Assembly: GCA_035084275.1 (NCBI GenBank)
Contig: CM068749.1
Coordinates: 19,468,001 to 19,532,000 of the forward strand
DNA from: Hydrolagus colliei
Lineage: Eukaryota
Length of the DNA stretch: 64,000 nucleotides
Direction: 5' to 3'
A program made the translations under genes and the position numbers. Below are positions 40,036 to 52,940 of this stretch, piece after piece; positions within the stretch are counted from its first letter, which is position 1, and each line of letters begins with the position of its first letter. The notes under the pieces were generated by a model, which saw only the letters and a program-made list of their open reading frames with translations, was not told the DNA's origin and did no database searches.

Positions 40036-43000
40036 GGGGACGGATTATCATGAAGAAATAAGAAAAAACGATTTGCAAAAGACTTTCCGTAACAACAGGT
40101 AAGAGGTTAAGTGCTCCAAGACACTGCCTCGCATGAAGGGTGACATACAAATGCAAGTTGTTGTTGTTTTTGCTGCCTGAACAGCGCCAAGAATTAAGAA
40201 TACACCAAGTGAAGAATAACACTGCAGGACTTGAGCTTCAAACCAATATTATATCATCAATTTTTTTTGCCTATAAAATACGCAGTCATTTCACTTTACA
40301 GTGAATCTTGTGAAGTGCTTTGAGATGTCCTCTTGATGTGAAAGGTACTATTTCAAATGCGAGGATTATTTTTACTTGCCCAATACTTGCCAATGTCTAT
40401 TCCAGTAAAGGTATTCAACCTGTCTGTGTCACTGTTTATGCCTCTATTTGCTGGCGTTTCTTTATTTGGGGAAATTTGTCGACCGCTCACAGAATAGCAA
40501 TTCCTTCTTTCAAGTAACATATCAAAACGTTGTAACTTTTGAAAATTCGGCGGAAAGATTATTTGGATCGTAAATAACAGGAACAAAGACAGCTGAAATA
40601 AAATGTGGGTCGCTAATAAAAATAGGTTAACAAAGAATTTGCCTCGTACAACTGCATGAACCCCACTGCAGTGAACACTGCAGTGTTCATACCACCAAAC
40701 CAGCAATCCTGAAGGATATCATATATCCTTAAACTGATATTGTCCCCCTGACCGTTCACACTGCAAACCGATTACCACACCCGCAGATTCAGAATAAAAT
40801 GATCAGCGTGAACCCATGTTATAAGGAATATGAATATGAATATGAATCTGCTATGATAACTATATGCCTAATTAATGCCTCTGATAGCTGGCAAAGCTTC
40901 TCAATTTCCACTTAGAAGTTTTCCTCTTTGGGATAGGAATAGCTACACCAGCACATTTACTGTGCATCCTCTGTTCTGCAGCTACCTCTAGTAAGAACTG
41001 TGTGCTTATCTTCATATTCCTCTTTGCAAATATTATACTGAGCCGAAACATAGCATTAAACTAAAGTGTTAGTATTGATGCTAGGGATATTGTTTTGACT
41101 TACAATAAGTTGACTGTTAAACATACACAGTTCATATTAGTGTGTTAACGCTGTCAGATGAGATAAACTTGAAAATATTGTTTATGTATTAGAAAATGAG
41201 AGGCAGGCAAAGTATATTGCCATCCAGTTGGTGTCTGACATCCCATTCATGAATTATTTATTAAGATTTGGAACTTCTGTTGTATCAAGGGATTCTAATA
41301 GGAAATTAGCTGATATTAATATTTTAATCACTATTGCTGCGTTTACATCAATTGTGTAGAGAGTAGTTGCTTGGTACAGATCTGTGTGAGGTGGAATCAT
41401 AAATGCACATACACATTCAAGTATCAACAAGAGACACTTGAGATGCTTGCAATTTGTCACTCTATAATATTTTAATGATATATATGAGGGAAATTCTGCC
41501 TCAATTCCAGTTGCCTTATCCAGCAGATTTAAGGTGCGCAGACAGCCCAGTGGTGAAAGAAATAACACAGAATATTGGGAGTACAAACTGATGACACCAT
41601 GAGTTCACAAACACAATGGGAGCCCAAGGATGAAGATGAAAATTTACTGCAAAATAATCTCGACAGTAAATTCTGAGGGACGCAATTTTCAGATAAAAGG
41701 GAATCGAGTCTAAGTACACAATTAAATTTTACCCATCAATATTAGGTCCGTAAGCATAATTGGAGCATAATTCAATAAAACATAAATAATAAACCTCTAA
41801 AATCTTGTAAAATAAGAAGCAAATGCACCATTATTTGAACATAAAAGGTAGATATGTATCAATATAGAACTCAGTAAAAATTTTAAAAAGCAGAAAAGCA
41901 GAATTATTTAGTAATTTGAATCCCAGTTGATCGTTTTGTTTTCATTTAATATGTTTGGTGAAATTGGATATTTGATAGTCACAGTTTTTACAGTTCCCTA
42001 TAGTCAATTGGGGTAAGGTTAACTGCACAACTATCTAACCACCACTACTAGTGTGTTCTCTGTTTTTGCATCATCCCTGAGCAATCAGGCATATTATACC
42101 AGCAGGATAATGAAGTCTTTTTAAGATTCACTCAGTAAGACAGTGGACTGGCAAGACAGGGAGAGGGGAATAACACTAACAGCAGCATGATTGAGTAAAG
42201 GGAATGCCTAATCCACTGTGGAGGGATAGAATTGCCACCTTCTTTTTTTTAAAAAATCCTTAAACTCGGACATCTGGTAAGACTGTTGCTGCTTTTGTGA
42301 CTTCTGGCTTGTGCTCTCCAGAGACTGGTGACAGCTGTGAATGTCAACTTGGTGACACATTCTTCCAAGTGATCAGGCAGCACAGTAGCTGGTCTTGGGG
42401 AGTAACAAAGGTGAGTAATTTGAGTTGCACTCAAGTAGTCATTGGTTGGCATTGATGCCAATTCCAGATTCGACCAGAGGAGGAACAAAACGGGTGAGTT
42501 ATAGCCAGAATAGCCGATGTCCCGCCTCAGGCAGCAGTAAATCACAGCCCTCAATTATATAAATCATGCACAGACACAGCTGGCAGTAACCTAACATTTT
42601 AACTTCACATGTGACGGTTGTGTAATTATTTCAGGATTAGCTGTGGGGTATGTGGACTTTTGGAAATGCACAGCTAGTTCATTTCTGCATTCATTTCTAA
42701 GCGCTTTGAGACGCCGTCCGGCATGGAGGGCGCCATATAACTCCGAGTTGTTGTTAACATTTTGCACTTCTCAGGCTGAGAACCTCTTAGGGGGGATGGA
42801 TCATTGCTTTAACAGGTACCTGCTTCGGCAATGTCCTTACAATTGGTATTTGAGCAAATCGAACATCCGTAAAGAGTAACGACAAATAAATGAAACACCT
42901 ACTGTATTGCCATACTGATCAACCTTAAACTCATAAGACCCTCACAGGGCATTGAACCGGCTCGAAAAATAGGTTGATGTTATTTTGAGCTGACCATCGC

Positions 43001-44317
43001 TAAAGAAACACTTCTGTGCATGCCGCAAAAGTGAAAGCGGATGTCAAAACCTGAACTGAAATTGAATCTAACTTAGCAGAACAATTACATCAGGCTGACT
43101 GTGTACTTAAACAGAAATGAAGAATATTCGTAACAGTTTCCAGATCTTTCCATTCTGTACTTTCTCCCTGAGCTGTTCAGCCTTCCAATGACGGAAGAAA
43201 AAGTCTCTAAATCCCGAAGGGAAATGAACTGAATATGTTCAATGGGTGTAAAATTACAGATAAGTCATGCACCTGTAACAGGAGCTATCTTGGATCAGAA
43301 AATAATGTTTGCGTTCATGTACACAAATCATATCATCATATTGCCAATGTTAATGGTGATCCACTCAATCCTTTGTTGTCTAACTCTATAAAAAAGTCAC
43401 AACTTATTACACAACCGCGTGCTTAATTTATGAAATCTATGTCAATTCATCACCAAAATAAAAACCCATGAGTTGTGATTTTTGATGGCAACTGCCAATA
43501 GCTTTCAGTTGCATGATCTAATCGACTTTTAATTGCATCTGCAATTTTCCAATTATCTCCAACATTAATTTTAGCTGGATTTTTTATATACAAAAAAGCG
43601 AGTTGATTGCACGATATTCTATGTGAGAGCATAACCTCAAGGGTAACAGTGTCTCATCTACAATACGGTTCGAGTAATATAGTATTCAGTGACAACCATT
43701 ACAATGCAGATCAGAGGGAGAAAAAAAAATTAACACTGAAATTCTGTTTCACTCATTACTTGCTAATTTGTGCAGTTTATCAGCAGCTACTTCAGAACAT
43801 AGTATTGAATAGTGTCTTCGGATCCCAGTCATCATTTCTACTGTCACTGTGATTGACAGGACACCCTCCGTCATCCAAATCCTTGGCATGAAATGCTGAA
43901 CAGATAAATGCTTTTCAAAATGCAAACCTGAACTGAGAAAGCACTGCAATTTTCAGCACTTTGCTAAAAAATCAAAGTAGCGTATTATTAAAATTTGCAT
44001 CTTACGGCCATTACAGCTTCATCAACTTGTCATCACACTAGCCACTATGGGCAGGATTATGTAACTCAACACATTTGATTTGGTCATTCAGATTCCTCTT
44101 CTATAGACCATTGGTATCATTGTTGTATTAACCAAAACTTACACTGAACTACAGCACAGGGCTGGTCATCGTGTATTGACCGAAAATAAAATCTGGATAA
44201 CTTTGTTTCATTCACCCGGAGAGCATCACATTGATATGTAGTTAATCAGAAAATTATATATTTCGGGGAGAGAGGGAGAGTGCTTTAGAAATATATTTCT
44301 CTCTTACCATATCCTAG

Positions 44318-44648
44318 TTAATAATCCTTGCATTTGATATAGCGCTTTCCACATCTTATCAACGTCCCAAAGCGCTTCACAGAATATACTATAAAGTGAA
44401 TTGACTGTATATATTTGTGGGAGAGTCGCGGCAGCCAATTGCGCACAGCAGTGTCCCACACACAGTCGTGGATTGAAATGACCAATTTTATTGTGTTTTT
44501 TTGGAGGGATTATTATTAGGCGTGTGGAGTAAGGAAACTTGCCCAAGGTTTCGCCCTGACCTGCCTGGATTCGAACACATGTCTCCCCAGCTTGGTTTCC
44601 CCAGCTTGCAAGACAAGTGCTCTAACCACTAAGCCACAGGAGCTCCAC
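44318..44648 (-). mobile_element. Full-length tRNA/Deu SINE
   Basis: Head with an internal ccccagcttg duplication, B box, core and tail. Confidence 0.92.
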
Positions 44649-47600
44649 AAGGTATCATAGTTGTCAAGGTATCATTGTAATAATCTTTGCATTTGGTATA
44701 GCGCCCTGTCACGTCTTCAAGACGTAATAAGTTGTGGAACTTAGCTCCAAAAATGGCACACAAGTTGCTGCTTAAAGGCATATTTGCATCAGTGCTCCTT
44801 GGATCTTCCCTCCTTCTGTCTCTGATCTTGAACTCTCGTCCCCACTGAAATGGCCAAGATGAGATTGGGAATTCAAAGGCACAGTCTGTGCAGAGTGAGT
44901 TGGTATTCCAGTGAACTACACTACAGTTGTGCTTTTTAAAAGACACTCTTTTAAAAAAAATGTATTCAATATTCAATTGATGGTTTCAATAATCAACGCA
45001 ACATTTAGCAGCTACCTAGTTAACTTGGCATACATGAATTGCTTCACTTGAATTGTAATAAGGAACAAAGCAGCAGACAATAAGCAGCATCCTAGCAAAA
45101 GTCTTTACCAATTTACCCTTTATTATTGAACTGGTTCACAAATAAACAGCTGTTGAAAATGTCAAATGTTAATGAGGCAGGGCAATGCAATAGTAAATTG
45201 TAGCCATTTTTTCACTGCTGTGAGTACTTGGGTACAGACAAGCTTGTATAATAATAATCCCATCTTGCAATTCTCTAACCACTCTGCAGACTAAAGTGCA
45301 TCAGCCTGCCATTAATCCCACTTATCACACTGACAGTTAGGTAATTATACTACTGCTGTACCTAGGTAGTCCTATTGAAATATCAGCTGCTGTTAAGGAA
45401 TGCATGCCGGGTAGGTTTTATTAAGCTCTTGTGGTTGATGAACATCAAGTGACGTTAGTGCTGACCTATTTTTTTTATTTGACAATAAATTATCCTATGG
45501 CCAAACTGTAATTCATATCATGAAATTAAATTATAAAGTAACAAAGGTGTCTCACTATTTCCAATTTTAAATGTTGAAAGCAGGTGAAAATTAAAAAGCA
45601 CAGGGTATTTCAGAATGTAGTCAGGCTGTCTTTTCAAGGAGAAAACAAGTCCTGTTTACCAATGTAATCTTCGTTCTGTGAACAGTAGTCTCCGCCATAC
45701 ACTACGGATTCTTTGTGTCGGAATTAAAATTAAAAGATCTTTGAGCCTTTCTCACGGAGGCTGAAGAGGGTTGCTTTTTCTGGTGGGGATATGGGTGGAG
45801 TGGGGGTGGAAAGTGGGGCGGGTGGGGTAATGGCAAGGAAATGCACACATTGCAACCCAACAGGTAACAATCATGTTCAGGTACATGAGGAGATCTACCA
45901 ATGATCTCTATTCCAGCTTATAAAGCTGATGAGTTTGACAGCATGTCCTTGAAAGAGGATAGCCTACCAAAGTAGCCTTAAAATCACAGAACGTTTACAG
46001 CACAGGGTACCATTACTCAGTCTCACTCTCCATCAAGAAGCTAAAATAAGTCTCTCATATCTCCTTCCTGTAGTCTGTTGTCACAAGTTAATTATTTAGA
46101 GAATCAGATGTACAGGATAGATATCAGGTACAGCTGGACAACCCTCATTGGCCTTCTTAAAGATCTTGTTGGTCAAGGCCAAAGAGCAGGCATTTAGTGA
46201 GGAATATTTTCCTTGGCCTCCTAGGTCCATTTATGCACATTGAAGGTCCACAAAATATACAAGTCAATATATTCTGCATACTGTATATTGCAATATGTTC
46301 TATGAATAGCTTTGAGATGTCTCGAAGGCACGAATAAGGCGTTATATCAAATGCAAGGATTATTATTATTACAGTATCATCTTGTGCCCAAACACAACCT
46401 CCTATTTCCGTCTAAGAATTTTTTTAAAAGGAATAAAGCAACGCAAAAAGAAAGAAACAAGATATACTGTACTGTAAATATATCTGATAGGCCAAAATTG
46501 CAACGGTTGATTGAAAATTGTACCATTTATTTTCTCAATACACAGTCAAAATTAAGGAATCTCATATGTCAGCTAAACAAATACATTAATATTCCTGGCT
46601 TCGAGTGCAAGCAATGTTTGAAACGTTAAAAATGTAAATAAATGTAAATCCCAATAGGTTCTTGGAAATTTACATTATAATACTGTACATCAGTGCATTC
46701 TATTATAAAATATTTGTACATATTAAATGCCTGTATTCTTATAAACAAACAGCAAGGACACAGAATTGCTGTTAGTTAAATAAAGGCTAAATATGTTAAA
46801 CCAATTTTCTCTTCCTAAATATCTTGATGTTTCTATGAACAGCCATTGTGCTACATCATGAATTGCATTATTTCACATTTAACTGGACTTGAGGGAAATA
46901 GAATAGACATTCTTGTTCCTGAATCTCCAACTTTCTACTTGAATTTGCCTGAATTTGTATTAACGTACTAATGATAATATAATTATTCCTTCTGCTGTGC
47001 ATCAACTGGAAAATTCCACATTCGCAATAAAAAGAACACTGTATTCCCAACTAACCTTCACAGGCGACAACTGTGAGGACAACATGGATGTTTCAAATGG
47101 CTTTATGAAGCAGCAATGATTTTGGTGACTGTGCATAACAACTGTAATTGCAATCTAATGCAAAGATGTATTTAATCTCTGATTATGTATACAGTGCAGG
47201 ATAGCTTTATACAGTTAATTGATATTATACAGTTGGATATTTCTTTGAGGATCTAAGTGGCAATTGTCTATGGATGATACAAGGATAAAAGGATTCTGGG
47301 AAAGTTACCGGCCAGATTTGAAAGAGGTTGATTTGTAAAATTGGAATTAAAGAACTGAGTGAATCTACATTATGTTTTGGGATTAAATAACATTAAATAT
47401 CCTTTTTTTATTACACTGTAAGAATTAAGGGCTTTCGTATGTCAGCTAAAAATACACATTAGTATTCCTGTTTTCGATTGCAAATAACACTGAAGGTAGT
47501 TTATGATCCGTTCTCTATCCAGGCACCCATTTATCTCTTTGCCCAGCATTGCAAGTGCTTAACAAATGCCAACAAAGGAAAATGCAGACACAAAAGGAAT

Positions 47601-48171
47601 CTAATTTGTTCAAAAATTGCTCTAGGTCACAGTGATTTACACTGCTACACACTGCACTGCTTACAAATAAACTTTACTTTTGTTGCGTGAAGCTTTATGT
47701 CATTTGCGACTCCAAAACATCCGTGGATCGAATAATGTACATTAAAAAAAATTGATATCAAAATAATCATTTTGTATTTGTTTAAGGAATAGTCAGGAAT
47801 GTCAAGAGCATTTGGAGGAAACCATACGACTCCTCTATTTGAATGTAGTAGTTCCTTTTATGAATTGATGTAAATCAGGTTGTAGAGTTCGGACAACACA
47901 ACTAGCTTGTTTTTATGCATCATATAGGGATGTAATTTAAACTCCAATGTTAATTTTTAAAAAGCAACAATACATTAAGCGTAATTTAAACAATACCATT
48001 GTCACAACTGACCAAAATAAATGTCAGACATCTTCTGATTGACAATCAGATTCATTGCTCATTCAGAACTATTTCTGTGTTAATTTGGCAATGCTCCCTC
48101 CATATTGTAATCTCACACGATTCACAGGTACAAATGAGCAACACCGTTTAACTCAGCGAACACCGAAAGTC

Positions 48172-48305
48172 AAAAGCGCAAAACACTGCAGATGCTGGAA
48201 ATCTGAAACAAAAACAGAAATGGCTGGGAACACTCAGCAGGTCAGGCAGCATCTATGGAGAAAGGAAAAGTGAGTCAACGTTTCGGTTCCACGACCCTTC
48301 GTATG
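48172..48305 (-). mobile_element. Chondrichthyan interspersed repeat, probably a Penelope-like element terminal segment
   Basis: The motif ctgcagatgctggaaatctgaaacaaaaacagaa...actcagcaggtcaggcagcatct...aacgtttcgg...acccttc is one I recall as abundant in shark and chimaera genomes. The family assignment is from memory. Confidence 0.6.
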
Positions 48306-50404
48306 GATAAGAAAATCATGTGGTCAAGATCGGATACTGAGCATTAAACTGATCTGAGGGTAGATAGCCTGCTTTGGAAATGCCCCCTCAGGGGATAATA
48401 GTGCAACTTGCCATGCTATTTCTTGCTTCTTCCATTTATCAATGGAAATAATGTATTTTCTGCGTTGAGTGAGTGTATGCTGGTGTGCTCAGCTCACTCT
48501 GAAGATGTGGCAATACAATCAGAAAAAATAATCCTTGTATTTCACAGGGAAATTTGGAAGTATTTACTAAGTATAAAAGTATTGATAAGTAGTTACTCTG
48601 TATTTAAATGCAAAAACCCAGCAGTCAATTTACGTGCAGAAATTTCCTACAAAATCTCCAAGAACTGATTTACCTGGAAGATTATTAGTTAGAGCATAGA
48701 GGAAAACTTTCCTTCACTTCACAAATATTTGATATCCGCCTAATGAATTGATGGAAACGTCAATTTCAAGTTATCAAAAGGATGATACCTCTGACAAGGC
48801 AGCACAACCCCAGAACTGCACTGGAGTATGACAGATTATAAGCATAGTGTCCCATTAGGGGTCGCAAGAAGGCTACTTAATTGATTCATGTGAAAGAGAA
48901 CCTATTATGGTGAAATATTTTGTGTCATGGGCACAGTATTTCCCTGTATCAGGAGCCAACTTATTGACTGACAGTTTGATAAACCTGCTGGTAGCACAAT
49001 TTGAGTTCAGAGACAGGAAATGTACATAGGATGGCAACATTTTGTCTGTATCGAAACGACAATGATGGATAGTTTCTGTAGCTAAAGGGGAATGAACTTT
49101 CCTTTATTAAAGAAAAGTGTAATTAAGGGTTTCAGTAAGTTAACGGACAGAGATAAGTGGACCATGATTAGAGGTTCCTTTCCCCCATTGATCTGTGTGA
49201 TGCATGTTAAAAAGGTCAGATTGGAGTGCAGATACAGTATTTACTGTAATTTGTTAGAATGGCCTTTTCTTGTTCCATGTTGATGTAATTACAACAGTAA
49301 CGCTATAACAATCAGGTACATAGCAGGTGAACTGTTATTTGGGGGAAATCTATCACCCGTTTTTATAAGTACCAAATTGAAGCTTTCTTTCTCATAAATC
49401 CACAAAAGAAACCAACTCTTCTCATAAAGACAATTTCCAGGGGGGGCACATTTTGCCTTCATGTGCTGGGTGTACGTGAGCTACCTGGGGGTATTTGATG
49501 GTTTATTATAATATGTGTAATAACTCATTAAGTATCCTTGATTAAATATAAAATAAACTATTTAAGCGTATGATGCAAATTTGTATTATGAACACATTAA
49601 TCCTTAAATTGAAATCCCAAATACATCACACATGCCTATTTACTTTTACATACCATCTCTTAGTTATCTAAGTAGATTGACTAACAACAAAACCTTTCTG
49701 ATCAGTAGCACATTCCCTTGAATTACTGTATTTTGTGACTGCAGCATCTGAGCAGATTACATCATTTCTCAGGTTTTTGTAACTAAGACAAGCAAAAGAT
49801 CCTTGACCTTTTGGCATATATCCCTACGAAAGCAGTCAGGGTCTAATTGAACCTGTCTGCTTTGTTAAAGGTTATTGGATTTATCAGGAGAATTTCTTTC
49901 ATCCAAAAAGGTACTCTGGGGAAGGGAAAATTTCCACATATACTGCTCTGAAAGTAATCAAGTGAGATGAATGGCTTGCTATAGCAAACCAAGTCGTCAT
50001 TACATTTCACCCTCACTGACGCCTAAGGCTCGCATTCCATCTGCTGACCCCAGCAGTTGCGGTTTAACCACACCAAGCCTACAATGGCCTGGGAGGTTTG
50101 TATTTCAGGTTCACTATGTTACTTACCACAACCATGATCTCCTATCAAATATGAGACAGCTGTTACATGTTTGGTATCCCTTTGATCCGTGTACACCTTG
50201 GAGACAATTCACAACAGCTTTCCTAACACAACCTAATCTTGTGTCAGATCATCATTTGTTCGTCTTGCAATTAAAGTTGTTTATCTCTCTATTGCACCTG
50301 ATTTGCAGCGTGTTATCTCAACGTTTTGGACTTTTTGATATTTGAAATTGCATATAATCTTTAGTAGACTTGCCCAACATTTATAAAGATTTAGTTAAGC
50401 ATTA

Positions 50405-50462
50405 CCCCACCCCATCCACCACCACCACCACCACCACCCCCCACCCCCACCCCACCCACCTC
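50405..50462. repeat. (CCA)n / C-rich tract, G4-prone on the DPYD sense strand
   Basis: Directly visible in the sequence. Confidence 0.85.
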
Positions 50463-51099
50463 CAATCAAAAATGACAGTAAATATATAAAATATAAGCGA
50501 GGTTCTAAATTGTATGCTGAAAACATAAGACTTAAATCAGGAAAACAACAACAACAAATTGCATTTATATTACACATCAGGAGGACATATGATATACAAC
50601 CATATTACACAAACAAATTATTTTTCCGTGTTAATGTTTATTAAAACAAAGTTTCGTTAATCTGACGTTTCTTTGAAACCACAGTTCCTAGTCAACCTTT
50701 ACTAGTCAAATAATCATCGTAACATACGGATATATTTTTGATATATGGATATATTTCTGATCAGTACAGCATGGAAACAGGCCATTTGGCCCAAATAGTT
50801 TGTGCCAGTGTTTAAACAAGCCTCCAATAATTAAGAATCTTTTATACTATGAAGAGTATGATAATGTGGATTTTAGGTCATGAAGCACTAATCACAATGA
50901 AGTCCTCCTGACATGAAAGGCACTATACAAATGTAATTTTTGTTGTTATTGTTTAAACCGTTTTATATATATACAGTACATGAATTGAGTTACCAGCCTG
51001 AAACAAACAATTAGCATGTATGCATTTCACACCTTTGTCTCTTTTGAGGCTGTGATACTGGAGTAATTAATTAAGGGGGTACTAATCCTTTTTAAAAAA

Positions 51100-51265
51100 T
51101 GTATTCACTCAATGCACAACTGTTTGCGGGACACTGCTGTGCGCAATTGGCTACTGCGTTTCGCCCGCAAAATACACAGTCACTACACTTTACAGTATAT
51201 TCTGTAAAATGCTTTGAGATATCTGATAAACCGCTATATAAAATGCAAGGATTATTATTATTATA
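51100..51265 (+). mobile_element. SINE 3' half
   Basis: Core and tail of the family. Confidence 0.85.
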
Positions 51266-51402
51266 GAGATTCATCCTGAAAATGTTTCTTTAATTTCAGA
51301 TTAAAATTGACAAAACTCTGAAAGAAACTGCCCCACCCATATGGCTGTCCTGATACAAGAAGTGAGCAGCTGAAAGGGAACCGTTGGCCAATCATTTAAT
51401 CA

Positions 51403-51935
51403 ATAGAATCATAGAAATATACAGCACAGAAGGAGGCCATTTGGCCCATTATGTCTGTGCCGGCTCTTTGAAAAGAAGTGTCCAAATCAATCCCACTCCC
51501 CCACTCTCCCCATAGCCATGCAAACCTGTCCTATCTAACTATCTACTTCTCTCTTAAAAGGCATTGTATTCCAGATCCGAACGATTTGCTCCATGAAAAT
51601 ATTTCTCCTCACCTCCCCTCTGTTTTTTTTTTATCAACTATTTTAAATCGGTGTCCTCGGGTTACTGACCCACTACCCAACAGAAATAATTTCTCCTCGT
51701 TCACCCTATCGAGTCCCCTGATAATTTTGAAAACTTCTATTAAGTCTCCACTTAACCTTCTTGGCTCCAAGGAGAATGATCCTAAAATGTTCTAGCCTCT
51801 CATGATAATTGGAGTCCCTCATTCCTGGTACCGTCCTAATAAATCTCCTTTGCACCCTCTCCAATGCCTTGACATCCTTCCTAAAGTATGGTGCCCAGAA
51901 CTGAACACAGTACTCCAGCTGAGGCCTAATCAATC
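51403..51935 (-). mobile_element. CR1 LINE 3' fragment (ORF2 C-terminus plus 3' UTR)
   Basis: ORF 51706-51939 encodes LIRPQLEYCVQFWAPYFRKDVKALERVQRRF, the canonical CR1 ORF2 motif. The fragment ends in a CR1-type ttctatga/ttctat terminal repeat. Confidence 0.93.
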
Positions 51936-52131
51936 CCAAAATAAAAATAATGTTTTTTTTAATGGAGCTCAGTCAATGGACTGCGTGAAATAATTCTTGC
52001 CCAGATTAGAAGAAAGGATTGCAGGATCTGAAGTCAAGTGGAAACTATGTTTAACCATTGTCTTCTATCATGACTGTAGGAATTAGAGCGTTATGGCCTT
52101 TGCCCGCTGTCTATTCAAGGATGTAAAGGAT

Positions 52132-52418
52132 GTGGAATCCTGTAGCTCAGTGGTTAGAGCACTCGCCTTCCGAGCAAGAGACCTGGGTTCAATTCGTGGC
52201 TGGGTGAAACCTTAGGCAACTTTCCTCACTCTACACGCCTGATAATAATCTCTCAAAAATAAATTGGTCACTTCAATCCACGACTTTGTGAGACACTGCT
52301 GTGTGCAATTGGCTGCCGCATTTCACCCACATATACACAATTCATTTTGCAGAATATTCTGTGAAGCGCTTTAAGACGTCTAGAAGACATAACAAGACAA
52401 ATACAAGGATTATTATTT
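52132..52418 (+). mobile_element. Full-length tRNA/Deu SINE
   Basis: Head tgtagctcagtggttagagcactcgcc...gggttcaattc, core and tail. Confidence 0.92.
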
Positions 52419-52694
52419 TTAGAATTAAACAAAGTTAGGGATTGGAATTCTATTGAATGTTATGACATTTTGTATTCATACAAAGTTTGACTTATTTTTC
52501 ATGAAATACAGTATAGGGTGACCAAAAAGTCATGATATTAACCCTATTATCTAAATCAAATCATTTGTTTAAGGCTTATTATAATGTAATGGTATCACGA
52601 TTATCTTGTCACCATGTACATGCTGAAGCAACTATACACTTGTGTATTCATCCACTGATATTATGCAGAATTGGTTTAAGTAAATATTGTCAAC

Positions 52695-52940
52695 ACAGGC
52701 GAAACTTTGGGCAAGTTTCCTTACTCCACATGCCTGATAATAATCCCTCGAAAACAAAACAATAATACAATTGGTCATTTCAATCCACAACTGTTTGTTG
52801 GACCTTCTGTGTGTAATTTGCTGCTGCATTTCGCTCACAAACATACAGTCAAATCACTTTACAGTATTTTCTCTGAAGCGCTTTGAGATGTCTAGAAGAC
52901 GTGGAAAGTGCCATATTAAATGTAAGGATTATTATTATTC
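52695..52940 (+). mobile_element. SINE, 5' truncated
   Basis: Body, core and tail of the family. Confidence 0.88.

Noticed and set aside
45735-45775. Possible DPYD exon 3 (LRE codons on the minus strand)
   Set aside because: The surrounding sequence does not encode the expected NNFDDIKHTTL...ALREA peptide. Exon 3 probably lies beyond the window.
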